Notes: generated by a model from the letters alone, not told the origin. 64,000 nt of DNA from Octopus sinensis (GCF_006345805.1 NC_043002.1:5394001-5458000), one strand, 5' to 3'. Positions 26,636 to 39,796 are shown, counted from the stretch's first letter. Numbers and translations are program-made.

Positions 26636-26898
26636 CTTGTAGCAGGAATTACGGAAAAACTTCCATTCTTCTGGGCATGAAAGAGTAACGTTTGTTTCGA
26701 CAGATGGCAATACAGGTGTGGTTTCTATGGTTGTTGTGGAATGACTTGGGCTTATAACCGGTGGAGATAAGGTAGTGTTTTTTGTTGCATCTAAGCTTCT
26801 GGCACAGATGAAATAGGCAGCATCTAGGCAGGAAATTCTTATCCACTTTTTCATTGAACCACTTTCGATAGCAAGGCACTTTGAGTTGGTTAATTCAA
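26636..26898 (-). CDS. Multi-CTLD gene exon; CTLD-d end, Ser/Thr/Pro-rich linker, CTLD-e start
   Basis: ttcctgcag acceptor, AAG|gtaaat donor. VELTNSKCLAIESGSMKKWIRISCLDAAYFICARSLDATKNTTLSPPVISPSHSTTTIETTPVLPSVETNVTLSCPEEWKFFRNSCYK. Phase 1 to 0. Confidence 0.92.
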
Positions 26899-27136
26899 CT
26901 GCAGGAATCGGAAAGAGAAAAATGGATGAAAGAAATTCAGCAAAAGCAAATGTTTAATTATATTTAAATGGTTACAATTTGTTAATAGCGTCTTATACTG
27001 CATTCTAAAATAAGTTATTTGCTTGACAACAAATATTCTTTCACATCCCTCACCATACAATGTTCTACATCTGTCATTAAACTTCTTAACCACAAATTGT
27101 AACTGTATGCTTGTTTTTTAATGCACATTTCACATG

Positions 27137-27167
<31 letters not shown>

Positions 27168-29447
27168 CATCATCATCATCATCATCGTTTAACGTACGTT
27201 TTCCACGCTAGCACGGGCTGGACGGTTCAACCGGGGTCTGGGAAGCCAGGGGCTGCACCAGGCTCCAGTCTGATCTGGCAGTGTTTCTACAGCTGGATGC
27301 TCTTCCTAACACCAACCACTCAGTGAGTATAGTGGGTGCTTTTTATGTGCCACCGGCACAGAAGCCAGTCGAGGCGGCGCTGGCATTGGCCACGTTTGGA
27401 TGGTGCTTTTTATGTGCCACCGGCACAGGTATAAAGACTGAAGGGAACATAGTTTTATTTGTTTCAGTCATTTGACTGTGGCCATGCTGGAGCACCACCT
27501 TTAGTCGAACAAATCATCCCCCCCAATTTGGTGTAAGCTTAGAACTTATTCTATCTGTCTCTTATTCAGAAACACTAAGCTACGGGGACGTAAATACACC
27601 AACATCGGTTGTCACACGATGGTGTGGGGAGAAACACAGATACACACTCACACACACACACACACACACACAGAGTCTGGAAATGTTTAATTATATTTAA
27701 ATGATTACAATTTGTTAATAGCGTCTTATACTGCATTCTAAAATAAGTTATTTCCTTGACAACAAACATTCTTTCCCATTCCTGACCATACAATGTTCCA
27801 CATCTGTCATTAAACCTCTTAACCATAAACTGTAACTATATGCTTGTTTCAGGTAGGGTGGCAAGCTGGCAGAAACGTTAGCACGCCGGGCGAAATGCGT
27901 AGCCGTATTTCGTCTATCGTTACGTTCCGAGTTCAAATTCTGCCCAGGTCGACTTTGCCCTTCATCCTTTCGGGGTCGATAAATTAAGTACCAGTTACGC
28001 ACTGGGGTCGATGTAATTGACTTAATCCGTTTGTCTGTCCTTGTTTGTCCCGTCTGTGTTTAGCCCCTTGTGGGTAGTAAAGAAATATATATGCTTGTAT
28101 AAGGTAACTCCACCACTCAAACATTTTCAAACCATTCACCACTTCTCCTCTCATCCCCAGAACTATGTCCATCACTCCAGGCTCTGCGTTAACCCTTCCA
28201 CCCAGTTCTACCTTCTGAGAATGTCAGCTGTCTAGAATTCCCTCACATCATTTTCTGCAGTCATCAAGATGAATTTTAACCTCTCTGATCTTAGAGAGCT
28301 GGTGTAAGCCATAGCCACAGCCCCCAGACCAAATTTGAAAAAATAATAATAAAATATAAAAATAAAATAAAAAATTAAAATAAATATAAGGCAAAATCTA
28401 CACACATCTAACCCACTGATGATCTATAGCAACGAAATTAAAATAATGAAATGTAAAAACCACCAAACCCACTTAGATATGGAAGTAAGCATTTCATGGT
28501 TTTGATCTATTCTGAGAGCCATACAAGTTCTTTACTTATAACAACAAAAATGAAATATATGTCCCAGCAAGAAAATGTATGACTCAAGAACAGAATAGAT
28601 GCCTTATCAAATTTAAAAAGAGGAACTAATGGTGAAATCTATGTTGTCATTCTGAAATGTGTATGCCATAAATATGAAATATATGTTCATCAATGAAACA
28701 TGCACTTCAATAATTAAATGTGATTTCCAACAATGCATCAGCAATGAATAAATACGACAGTAATGAAATGTTTGTTTGAGCATCTGAACTGCAGAAAGTG
28801 CTGCAACAGTGAAACACATGCCACTGTAGTCAAATGCATGTGTTGCTACCATGAGATATGTGTTGCAATAAAGTACTACATGCCCTACATCTACATTGGG
28901 GCCCAGCAATGAAATATGTATTACATTTAAATTATAGGCAATAAGCTTGCTTCCCTACCACATGGTTCAGGTTCAGTCCCACTGCATGGCACTTTGGGCA
29001 AGTGTCTTCTTCTATAGCCTCGGACCAACCCCAAAGCCTTGTGAGTGGATTTGATAGACAGAAACTGAATGAAGCCCATCTTATATGTTTATGTGTGTGT
29101 GTCTTTGTGTTTGTTCCTCCCACCACCACCACTGCTTGACAACCAGTGTTAGTGTGTTTACATCCCCATTAACTTAGAAGTTCAACAAAAGATACTAATA
29201 CAATGAGTATCAGGCTTTAAAAAATAAGTAGTGCCGTCGATTCATTCTACTAAAAAAAATTATTTTTGAAGGCAGTACCCCAGCATGGCTGCAGTCTAAT
29301 GACTGAAACAAGGGACAGATAAAAAAAAAAAAGGGCCCAAACAAAGGAACAAATCAACTTCCATTCATTTGACAGAAAAAAAAAGTGGGTGGTGGGGGTC
29401 ACCTGGACTGTAAATAACAGGAAACTAGAGCAGCAATAACTACTTAC

Positions 29448-29557
29448 CTTTTTTGTCATCTTTCCAGTTCTGAAATGGTCCTTTACTGGATTCTGGAGCT
29501 ATCCAGTAAGGTGGTCCATGGGACAGAATTCCTTGATTAGCACTCTGCTGCTTCTTA
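29448..29557 (-). CDS. Multi-CTLD gene exon; CTLD-d middle
   Basis: catttcag acceptor, AAG|gtaagt donor. (Y)KKQQSANQGILSHGPPYWIAPESSKGPFQNWKDDKK. Phase 2 to 1. Confidence 0.85.
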
Positions 29558-29839
29558 CTGAAATGAGGATAGTATATAACTGATTATAATTTCTTTCTTT
29601 GATAAGCGTATCTGTTGATTAGGGATGAGGCTAATTTCTGAGACGACAGATGTACAGAAGACAAGCACTTGGTCCTATCTTATTAGGTTTCTATATACTG
29701 GCTCTCAGAAAGAATGACATTCCTATGTTTTGAAATCACAGAATAGATAATTGAAACTAAATACAGACATTTCAAAAGTAAATAGACAAATCTCTTTATA
29801 CCACTTTATCAGAACAGACTATTTAGTGCTTCACGCTTG

Positions 29840-30067
29840 TTAACCCTTTCGTTACTGTATTTATTTTGAGATGTTCTGTGTTTCTTTCAATTACTTTAAA
29901 TATAACAAAGAATTTAGTAAAATAACATAGTTATCATTCAGCTAGTATTAGGAACATAAATTGTGACTAAGGTTTGGTGGAAGATTTTAATTCAGAACTT
30001 ATGAAAACAAGACATTTGTACTCAGAGCTAGGGCCAGTTTCAGCTGGGTTGGTAATGAAAGGTTTAA
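29840..30067 (+). mobile_element. piggyBac-type MITE (about 228 bp); other copies at 35886-36113 (-), 38484-38712, 56499-56726; degenerate at about 848-1130 and 15390-15530
   Basis: TTAA target duplication and CCCTTTCGTTAC...GTAACGAAAGGG TIRs. Internal sequence is conserved among copies. Confidence 0.85.
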
Positions 30068-31674
30068 TGTATTGTGCACAGAGCATGTTTACTAGATTAA
30101 GTATTCAAATGCATCGAACGACACTATCTTGTTTCTAGGAAGGAATCTTCCAAAAATGATGTTGTCTATTTATTTTGGAGATGTCTGTGTATATTGTTTC
30201 TACCATGAACATGAGAAGATTTCTTTTGATTGGACACAATTCTAATTTTTTATAAAAGGAAATAGTTCCCTGTATTATTATTAGTATTACATTAGTGTTT
30301 TGTTAACTTGGAGTGAATGAACACTAAAGTCAAGCCCTGTAAGATTTGAAGAAATTGTTGTTGATTTTTGAGCCCCGAGTCAATTCAGATCAATCAAACC
30401 TTTGATCAATGACATTCCAGCCATAGCCATTCCATTTTATTTTCAAGGACTATTCATCTACTATAAACTCCCACTTTTTTTTTATCTGAAAATGATAAGC
30501 TGTGATTTAAGTAGGATTTGGTGACTTGATCAAGCCGTCCAATGATTAAAAGATGTTTTAGCATATAGAAGGGGGATACTGGGATGGATGAGGGTGGAGG
30601 GCAAAAGGGAAGTTCAGTTAAATTCAGAATTGCAATAAACTAGTTGCTGCTCATGTACTCATGTAAGCATTGGATTTGAACACAAAGTAATATTTCCTTT
30701 AAGACTAAGTAAGCTTACACATGCATAATGACTTGAGCGATAGATTTTATCTGTAGGCCAGTTTAACACCACTCTCAGGTCTTGGGTATTTCTAGAGGAG
30801 TCCACTCTGTAACTAGTTTCCAAATCAGGTTTCTGCTTTGAAACCTTAAAATGTGATACGTTCTTTTCTACTTGTAGCACAAGGCCAAAAATTTTTGGGG
30901 AAGGGACCATTTGATTATATCAACCCTAGTATGCAACTGGTACTTAATTTATCGACCCTGAAAGAATGAAAGGCAAAGCGACCTTGGCAGAATTTGAACT
31001 CAGAACATAAAGACAGATGAAATACCTATTTCTTTACTACCCACAAGGGGCTAAACACAGAGGAGACAAACAAGGACAGACAAATGGATTAAGTCGATTA
31101 TATCAACCCCAGTGTGTAACTTGTACTTAATTTATTGACCCCGAAAGGATGAAAGGCAAAGGCGACCTTGGTGGAATTTGAACTCAGAACGTAGCGGTAG
31201 ACGAAATACGGCTACGCATTTCACCCGGTGTGCTAACATTTCTGCCAGTTCTCCACCTTTGAAATATATATTTCTTTACTATCCACATGTGGCTAAACAT
31301 ACAGGAGACAAACAAGGACAGACAAAGGGATTAAGTCGATTACATCGACCCCAGTGTGAAACTGGTACTTTATTTATTGACCCCAAAATGATGACAGGCA
31401 AAGTCGACCTTGGCGAAATTTGAACTCAGAACGTAATGGCAGACGAAATACCGCTAAGCATTTTGCCCGGTGTGCTAATGTTTCTGCCAGCTCACCGCCT
31501 TTGAAATGTGATACATTGCTGCACTGTTTCTTACTATAGCAACAGAAGAAAGAAAGATTCTTTCTCTTTCAGCTTACCATTCCTGAAGATTGTTTTCCTT
31601 GCTCCTCTGACTCACCCACACTACAATTGAACACACATAAATTAGAAATAAAAACGTGAGGCTTTTTCACTTAC

Positions 31675-31793
31675 TAATTGTCAATGGTGGCTAAATCTCC
31701 GTTAAATTTACTCCGACAGTAGGTCCATGCATCGTGCCAGTTCTTTGGAATCATGACGTGCATAAAGCACAGGGAACCTGATTGGATGTTGCT
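31675..31793 (-). CDS. Multi-CTLD gene exon; CTLD-d N-terminal part
   Basis: tattatcag acceptor, TA|gtaagt donor. SNIQSGSLCFMHVMIPKNWHDAWTYCRSKFNGDLATIDN. Phase 0 to 2. Confidence 0.88.
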
Positions 31794-31927
31794 CTGATAA
31801 TAGGTGAATTTAAAGAATTAACAGGTCTAAAAATGGGAAAAAAAAGATATACGCGCATGCTGGATGCAATGATGAAAACTTCATCAAATAGTAAAAGACA
31901 TGCAAAATAATATATATATATATGTAT

Positions 31928-32342
31928 ATATATAATTTACAAGATAAGGGCAGAAGAAAAATTCTAATGCCAGATACCCATTAAATTTAATCACACGTGT
32001 CTCGAGGTGCGCCTAAGATTTTTCTATTTGGATATATTTGGGGTACTTAAGTCTGCTTGGGACTTGGGGCTTGCTTCTTCCGTGGGTATGAATAAGTATT
32101 TCATTTATATCTCGCGTATGTGCCGCTGAAGAGGGGAAAATTTCTTGTAAATTAACCCCGAAATTGGACCAATACGGTAATAACAAATTTTTTAGAGATT
32201 TCTATCGGTTTGTTTCGAGACGCATAAATTTAATGGTTATCGACAATTTTTTGTTTCGGCGTATCTGGTATTAGAATTTTTCTTCTGCCCTTATCTTGTA
32301 AATTATGTATAAATTTCCTGAAAAAAAATTTTATCCTATATC

Positions 32343-32345
<3 letters not shown>
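31928..32345 (+). mobile_element. Penelope-like non-autonomous element in (TA)n
   Basis: About 50-bp inverted repeats (31929-31978 / 32261-32310), an internal hammerhead motif, and flanking (TA)n tracts. Confidence 0.65.
32121..32179 (+). ncRNA. Minimal type I hammerhead ribozyme motif (Penelope-like element type)
   Basis: Stem I TGCCG/CGGTA, CTGAAGA, stem II GGGG/CCCC, GAAA, quasi-palindromic stem III ATTGGACCAAT, cleavage triplet AUA at 32172-32174. Confidence 0.75.
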
Positions 32346-32377
<32 letters not shown>

Positions 32378-32829
32378 TATGTTTTATTTATTATTTTGTT
32401 ATTATATGATCGAACACCACACATCCACTTCCAAGTAAGTTTTATCTTAATAATTATGATGCGCACTCTTAACTCTTAACTTTACTTTTCCTCTCTCCCT
32501 CTCTTATTCTTCATTCTTTCTGGTTTTCTCTACCACCCTTCCCTATCCTTCTCTCCCTTTCACTGTTCCTTTTCTCTTACTCCTCCTACTCCTTCTCGTC
32601 ACTGACATGTGACCAGAGGGTTACTTTCTTTCTGACTACTGCCTTCAACAAGTGTAGGTGGCTTTCCTGTCCCTCTCTTAAGCCGTTTTCTCAAAGCTTT
32701 TGTCTCATCTTAACAGCTCTTACCGTTTGTTTTTACTGTGTTATTCTCCTTGTCCTATCTTTTACTGTTTTTATTTGTATTGTTTTTACTGTCTTGTTTT
32801 GTTTTTACTGTCCTGTTCTTGTTACCACT

Positions 32830-34290
32830 TTTACCCCTCTGTAAACTGTGCATACTTGTGATATTTTTAAGCCAGAATTTTTGAGCACCATCTGGCCCAG
32901 GGGTTTTCCAATTTGGGATTTCCTGAAACATCTTCTCCCCCTTTTCATCTGTAATGCTTATATACTCTTGTTTTGATCCATTTTCCATTTCACTTTTAAA
33001 TTTCTGCAACCAGTATGTCTCTGTTATGTTGGAACTCTTTGCTCCAAACATCTGACCAAAAGCTCCTTGCTGCTTTAGCATTTAACTCTTCATTTCCCTG
33101 ATGTTCGTTCTTATTGTTCAGCTGTTGGTCAAATTTCCATTCATTGATTCTAAAGAGCATGTTCTGCTAGCATTGGTTTCTTATTTGCTGGCATCTAGTT
33201 TTTTCTACTTGGTATTACTGTAATTATTTTGACCAATCTCTTTAGGTACCTGTAACCCTCTCTATCAAATGTACTTTCTTTAAAGCTTATCTCTGTGTCT
33301 TTTCCTCTCCATCTTTCCAAGTATTTCATTTATCCTTCGAAGATATCTCTATCAAGCTGTTCATCCTGATTCTCAAGTCACCATTTCCCCCAAAGTTCTT
33401 ACTCCCCTGTTTTACTTGATTTTACTTGACTTTTAATCTCAAGAATTTCTACAGCCACAGAGGTTGGCTTGCTAAACAAGATCGTTCAGATTTGTCATAT
33501 TTTAAACAGATTTTTATTAACTCTTTTCCAGCTTCTTTATTACTCTGTATAAGTTTTTCTCTTTTGATTCTCCTCAAAAGCTTGTAATCTCCTGCTTTTA
33601 TTGGTTCATATCTCATTTAATCATTGTTGTTAGCTCTTGTTTTTGTTTGCAATATCCTTTCATCCCATGAAGTAAAACTTGCTTTCATCCAGATAATTAC
33701 AACTCTCCTGAATATTTATTGAACTGCTAATTCAATTATCAGGAATGCTATCTTGATGGCTGGTGACAAGTTACCTGAAATCTCAAGAATTTTCCTTAGC
33801 ATTCTTGCAGTATATATCACAGTATTTCTCTGTAGGCTGACAATATCTGCCTCATTTCCAGTATTTTTCAGCCTCTAAAGTAACAGTCTGAGTGTTGTAC
33901 CAAATGCATCAGTTTCAATAGGAACAATTTTCACCTTTGTCTTCCAAAATCTCATCATCTCATTGGCTAGGTATATTTCCTAATTTTCTCAATTTCTTTG
34001 GTATAAGCTCAACTATTATATGGTATTGTAAAGCCTAAGACCCTACACTGCTTTCTTTTTTTTTGTGTCCCCTACAATTATATCTGGTCTCCCTGTTTCA
34101 CTAGTGTGGTCTGTCAATGGGAAATCCCATAAAATCCCGTAATTATTATTCCCTATTGCTACCCCTGGTTCATGTTTATTCCACTTTTCCATAACTCAAA
34201 TCCAAAACCTTGTCTAACATCCCAATGCACTCTTTTACTGACTCAGCCATGCCTGCACTTTTACTCATGTTACACCAGCATACTGCTAGG
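32830..34290 (-). mobile_element. Old, degraded R4/Dong-like RLE retrotransposon fragments
   Basis: IPNWKTPGPDGAQKFWLKNITSMH at about 32850-32930. ILWDFP...RPDIIV and TARMLRKILE-like endonuclease remnants at about 33770-34270. Many stops and frameshifts. Confidence 0.75.
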
Positions 34291-34771
34291 TATCATCATC
34301 ATCATCATCATCGTTTAACGTCTGCTTTCCATGCTAGCATGGGTTGGACGATTTTGACTGAGCACTGGTGAACCAGACAGCTGCACCAGGCTCCAATCTT
34401 GATCTGGCAGAGTTTCTACAGCTGGATACCCTTTCTAATGCCAACCACTCCGAGAGTGTAGTGGGTGCTATTTACGTGCTATCGGCACAAGGGCCAGTCA
34501 GGCAGTACTGGCAACATCCTCGCTCAAATCTTTTTACAAATGCCTCCAGCACAGGTGCCAGTAAGGCAATGTTGGTAACGATCATGCTCGAATGGTGCCT
34601 TTTTACATGCCACCGGCATGGAAGTCTGTTGGCTGCTCTGGCAATGATCACACTCGGATGGTGCTCTTGGCACCCTACTAGCACGGGGCACAAGTGCCAG
34701 TAAGGTGACACTGGTAACGATGACACTAGAATGGTGCCTTTTATGTGCCTTTTATCATCATCTGTAATAAT

Positions 34772-35237
34772 AACTAAAATAAGGAAAAAGAAAAGGCATC
34801 GGTGGGGTAATGCATACCCTGTGTGCAGATACATTTTTAGAATTAAAAGATCCGCTATGGTCTCAACCACGAGACCATAGCAGATCTTTTTCTAGCGTAA
34901 GAGTTTCCACATAGTGGTTCCCTTTTATATTTATGTATGAAATACTATTTACTGAATCTCAGTTTTTTATATGCTAGACCACTGGTGTTAAATTGATGTT
35001 ATAAAATTAATATCCAATTTTTGCACCCTCATTTTGATTATGTATGTATTTAAGTATGTTTGAAGATAATCAAACCAAATTTTCATCATTTTGAGCCACT
35101 CATCCAATGAGTATTTCTGCCAAATTTGGTGAAAATCCGTTCTGATGGTTTCCAGTTATTTTGCAAACACACAGACAAACAGACAAAGGTGAGTGATTAC
35201 AATACCCTGTTTTCACTTACACATGCAGGTTAAAAAC
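34772..35237 (+). mobile_element. Helitron/Helentron-like non-autonomous element
   Basis: CCAAATTTGGTGAAAATCC motifs, ACAGACAAACAGAC tract and subterminal hairpin. Also a 20-bp-stem hairpin at 34845-34890. Confidence 0.5.
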
Positions 35238-35350
35238 AACAATCTCTCTGTTTCCTTATTTATCTTGGTAAATGAAGTTAATTTGCAATAGCAAAATCTA
35301 AGTTGGTGTAATTAGTATTTTGCCAAGAGAACCACAAAGACAAAACTTAC

Positions 35351-35440
35351 CAAACAGTTCTCAGTTGCGATCCGTTCGGCTGCCTTCTTACATATTGACC
35401 CTTCTTTACTGTTACATTTGTAGTCACTCCATCTTTTTTC
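35351..35440 (-). CDS. Multi-CTLD gene exon; CTLD-c end and start of CTLD-d
   Basis: tttttcag acceptor, TTG|gtaagt donor. EKRWSDYKCNSKEGSICKKAAERIATENCL. Phase 0-0. Confidence 0.9.
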
Positions 35441-37926
35441 CTGAAAAACAGCAAAATTTATTCATTCATTTTCTCTTCCTTCTTTATAAACATTTTATTG
35501 TCACTAATACAAAATCATTTAAATTGTATTATAATTTTTAGACTATTAACTCTGTCTTCAGAGATAAAATTTTTTTTTAAATTGGATAGTGACATCCTCG
35601 TTACATTTTAATCAGCTATCAAGATCAAGATAAATCTCCCTATCGTAAAACAAGTGACAAGTTCAGACTCTGTAAAGCTTCTTGAAGTCTAGCTTGTATT
35701 TTCATTTATTTTTGTAGAATTAAATTTAAGATTAACATTTTTTTTTTTACTCCTAATTCCGCCTTTAGATGTAGCATAACAATATGACCCAGCTTTAACT
35801 GTTACATTTCAAGTCATTTCAGCTTTTCTCCCAAAGAATTTATTGATTTGGTTTCAGTAGTTCTTTATGTATATTTTATAACCTTTTAACCATTTCGTTA
35901 CCAACCCGGCTGAAACCGGTACTGGCACTGAGTACAAATATCTTGTTTTCATAAGTTTGGAATTAAAATCTTCAACCAAACCTTAGTCACAATTTAAGTT
36001 CCTAACACTAGCTGAATGATAACTAAGTTATTTTATTAAATTCTTTGTTATATTTAAAGTAATTGAACGAAACACAGAGCATCTCAAAACAATTACAGTA
36101 ACGAAAGGGTTAAATTAGATTAAAATTTTAGGGACTATTAATTTCATTTTCAGAGATTAAACAATTTTGATTTAATATTCATATCTGCATTACATTTTTA
36201 TCAGCTATGAAACCTAGACTTGTGTCTCCTATTCATCAAATATAATAATAAAAAAAAATGAAAACTGGGACTCTGCAAATCCTTTTTAAGTATAGTTTTA
36301 TCTTTTCATTTATTTTACTGTAATTCAAGATTAAACCTTCGTATTACAAAATGAAATGTTAAGAAATATTTACATCTTTACTTTATATATATTCAGAAAT
36401 GAAGGTTCCTTGTTTAACTCCAGCTAAATACTAAGTATGTGTCCAGAAAGAAGACACTTGATTACAAAACAATGTTGGTGAGTTATTGAACGGATGCCTA
36501 TGGAGTTACTCAACCTGCTAGCAATAACAGCAAATTTTCTCCAAATTATACTTTACCAGTTTAAAAAGAGGATGAACATAATGATTAATGTAGTGACAGG
36601 CATAAAAGAAAGCTGTGTTGGTCACTTCTAGGATGTCTTTGTTCATAGTTTATCTCAATAAGATATCTTTCTTTCTTTCTTTCTTTCTTTTCCTTCCTTA
36701 GAAAAAAGTATTTTTCTCCCCCTATTTGTTACTTGTATAGAGTCCTTTAACTTTGTGTGCCTCTCCCCTACTCTTACTTCTTTCTCCACTAACTGTTACA
36801 TATAAGATCCTTCCCTTTTCTTTTTCTTCCTCCTCTCTGTGTTTTACTTCTCATCTGTATGCATACACCAAGTGATTTTTGCATGCGAGCAAGATTGCAT
36901 ACATATGTATATGTGTATTTGTGTGTATATTTACGTCTTACATATATATGTCTGCATATGTATGTAGTCTGTGTATATCCATCTGTGCATTTTGATGTAT
37001 ATATGTATATTGATGGTTTAGTATGTGTATATCACACGTGACCGACCAGTCCATCAGATGTAGTTATACATCGCTGGTCACAATGCGTTCACATTGTTTT
37101 AGCCTTCGAATGACGCCACCCCGCTGGCTAAGCGAGCAGGCCAAGTATGTGTATATACTGTTGTAAAATATTTATGTAATGCAGCATAAAAATTTTAATT
37201 TTAATTTTAATTGTTAATGTATTAATTGTATTAATCGAATTATATTTCGTATATAATTATATGCAATATGTATTTTGAATCCGCTCTTTGTTTTAAGGTT
37301 TTTCCTCGATTTTTATAATAGCATGAATTTATATTGAATTCATTTATTTTGTTTATTTTGTTTATTTTGTTTATTGCATGCTTAAGACCGTTATTTGAAA
37401 GAACCAATGAAACAAATCCATTTTTAAAGGTGTATCCTTTAACTAGTTTTGATCATATTGTTATTTCTGTTCTATTTTAACAAAACTGTCCGATGATAAA
37501 AGCTTTTGTTATATTTCTGGTGCTTTTAAATAAAGTATATATATATATATATATCAAAGGAAATTGAGAGTGGTGAGGGAAGTGCTGTCCTCAAGTAAGT
37601 TTGGTGAAAGTTTGGAGAAGGAACTGGAGAGGGCACTTGCTCCTAGAGTTTCATGGAAATCTCGGACAGTTAGGTATGAAGAGGGCCACATTTCTATCAT
37701 CCTTCCCTCTTTTTTCTATTTACCTTTGTATGCATAACATGAATTAAGTATTAGTGGAGGAGGGGGCTGGCAGGATTTTTTCTTCTTTTCCAGTGTATAT
37801 TTTTTTATTTATTTATTTTTTTTATCATTTCACTATTATATGTAAACCCCAACACTTTATGTCTGTCTCTGTATTGTCCCCCCTCGTCCTTCGCCCTTGT
37901 GCAAATAGATGAAATCATTATTATCC

Positions 37927-37993
<67 letters not shown>

Positions 37994-39485
37994 GTCTCTA
38001 GTGACTCAGTACTTGGATTTACTTATAATATATTCCTGACCATAAATTCTGTCAATTTATTCCAGGATTTTTTTTAACATGAATTAAGTATTAGTGGAGG
38101 AGGGGGCTGGCAGGATTTTTTCTTTTTAATCTGAATATGAAAAAAAAACATTGCTAGTGAGAGGTGGCAAATATCTCAACTAAATAATCCACCACACAAG
38201 ATATAACAAAACTGTTTGAAATGATGAAACAAATAGGCAGACACTTTGCTGTCTCAAAATTAGCAACCAAATTTCCATCAAAATGTTCTGTAATATATTT
38301 AAATAGGAGGTCTGTGGTTTTAATAGTTTAAGTCTCTTCATGGTAATGCGCTCTCACAATAAAGTAAAGATATGCTATAAGGAGAAATACTAATCAAAGT
38401 TTTTGTTCAATTCTGATTTTTTGACCCTTTAGGAAACATTAAATAGGGCACTTCTGTGGCTGAGAATAAGGACCACTAACTACTTAACCCTTTCGTTACT
38501 TTATTTATTTTGAGATGTTCTGTGTTTCTCTCAGTTATTTTAGATTTAACAAAGAATTTTGTAAAATAACCTAGTTATCATTAAACTGCTGTTAGGAATA
38601 GTAATTGTGACTAAGGTTTGGTGGAAGATTTTAATTCAAAACTTATGAAAACAAGACATTTGTACTACAGAGCCAGAACCGGTTTCAGCCAGGTTGGCAA
38701 CGAAAGGGTTAAGTTATAATTCTGATTGATCAGGACAGGCTTAAAGCAAGACAACATCATCATTGTCATCACGTAGTAAGACATAGAGTAGATTGAGCCA
38801 ATAAAGGAACAGGCTACATGGATGCCAGAAATAATAGCCAAATCTCCATCAGATTATATATATATATCAAGGTGCCAGACGAGGCTGGCGAACAGCCACG
38901 TCCGACACAGGTGCCAGACGTGGCCGTTCGCCAGCCTCGTCTGGCACCTGTGTCGGTGGCACATAAAAACACCATCCGAGCGTGGCCGTTCGCCAGCCTC
39001 GTCTGGCACCTGTGTTGGTGGCACATAAAAACACCATCCAAGCGTGGTCGTCTGCTAACCTTGTCTGGCACCTGTGTCGGTGGCACATAAAAAGACCATC
39101 CGAGCGTGGCCGTTCGCCAGCTTCGTCTGGCACCTGTGTCGGTGGCACATAAAATCACCCACTACACTCTCGGAGTGGTTGGCGTTAGGAAGGGCATCCA
39201 GCTGTAGAAACACTGCCAGATCTGACTGGCCTGGTGCAGCCTTCAGGCTCCCCAGACCCCAGTTGAACCGTCCAACCCATGCTAGCATGGAAAGCGGACG
39301 TTAAATGATGATGATGATGATGATGATGATCAACTTTGATAAAAAGGAAAGAAATATTTAGTAATGTCATCCCTGACATACAAAAGGACAGAACTGTCAA
39401 GATGGGAATAGTTTTGGTAAATATCTCCTCATTTGGAGATGATCAAAGACTAAAAAGTAAAAACAAAAACATCAAAACAACATAC

Positions 39486-39640
39486 ACTGGTTGAATATAA
39501 AACACAGTTTTCAGTGACAAAATTGTTTGGTTCCCAAGCATTCCAGTTGGTATACATCACTTTGTCACCATTACTCCAAGTATAAATACCTTCGTGGTGG
39601 GCATCAGTCAATCCAATCCAAAATATTTTGCTAGGCTTTG
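39486..39640 (-). CDS. Multi-CTLD gene exon; CTLD-c middle (EPN motif)
   Basis: ttctccag acceptor, AGT|gtatgt donor. [52 protein letters not shown]. Phase 1 to 0. Confidence 0.93.
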
Positions 39641-39687
39641 CTGGAGAAAAAGAAAAAGGCAAAAGTTGAATTGGAACATTAACATCT

Positions 39688-39738
<51 letters not shown>

Positions 39739-39759
39739 TTTCTCATGCATGTGAGTGTT

Positions 39760-39796
<37 letters not shown>

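Noticed and set aside
31578-31620. Open 43-nt AG..GT segment (VGESEEQGKQSSGM)
   Set aside because: It needs a 54-nt intron and breaks phase with the next exon unless a second cryptic acceptor is also used.
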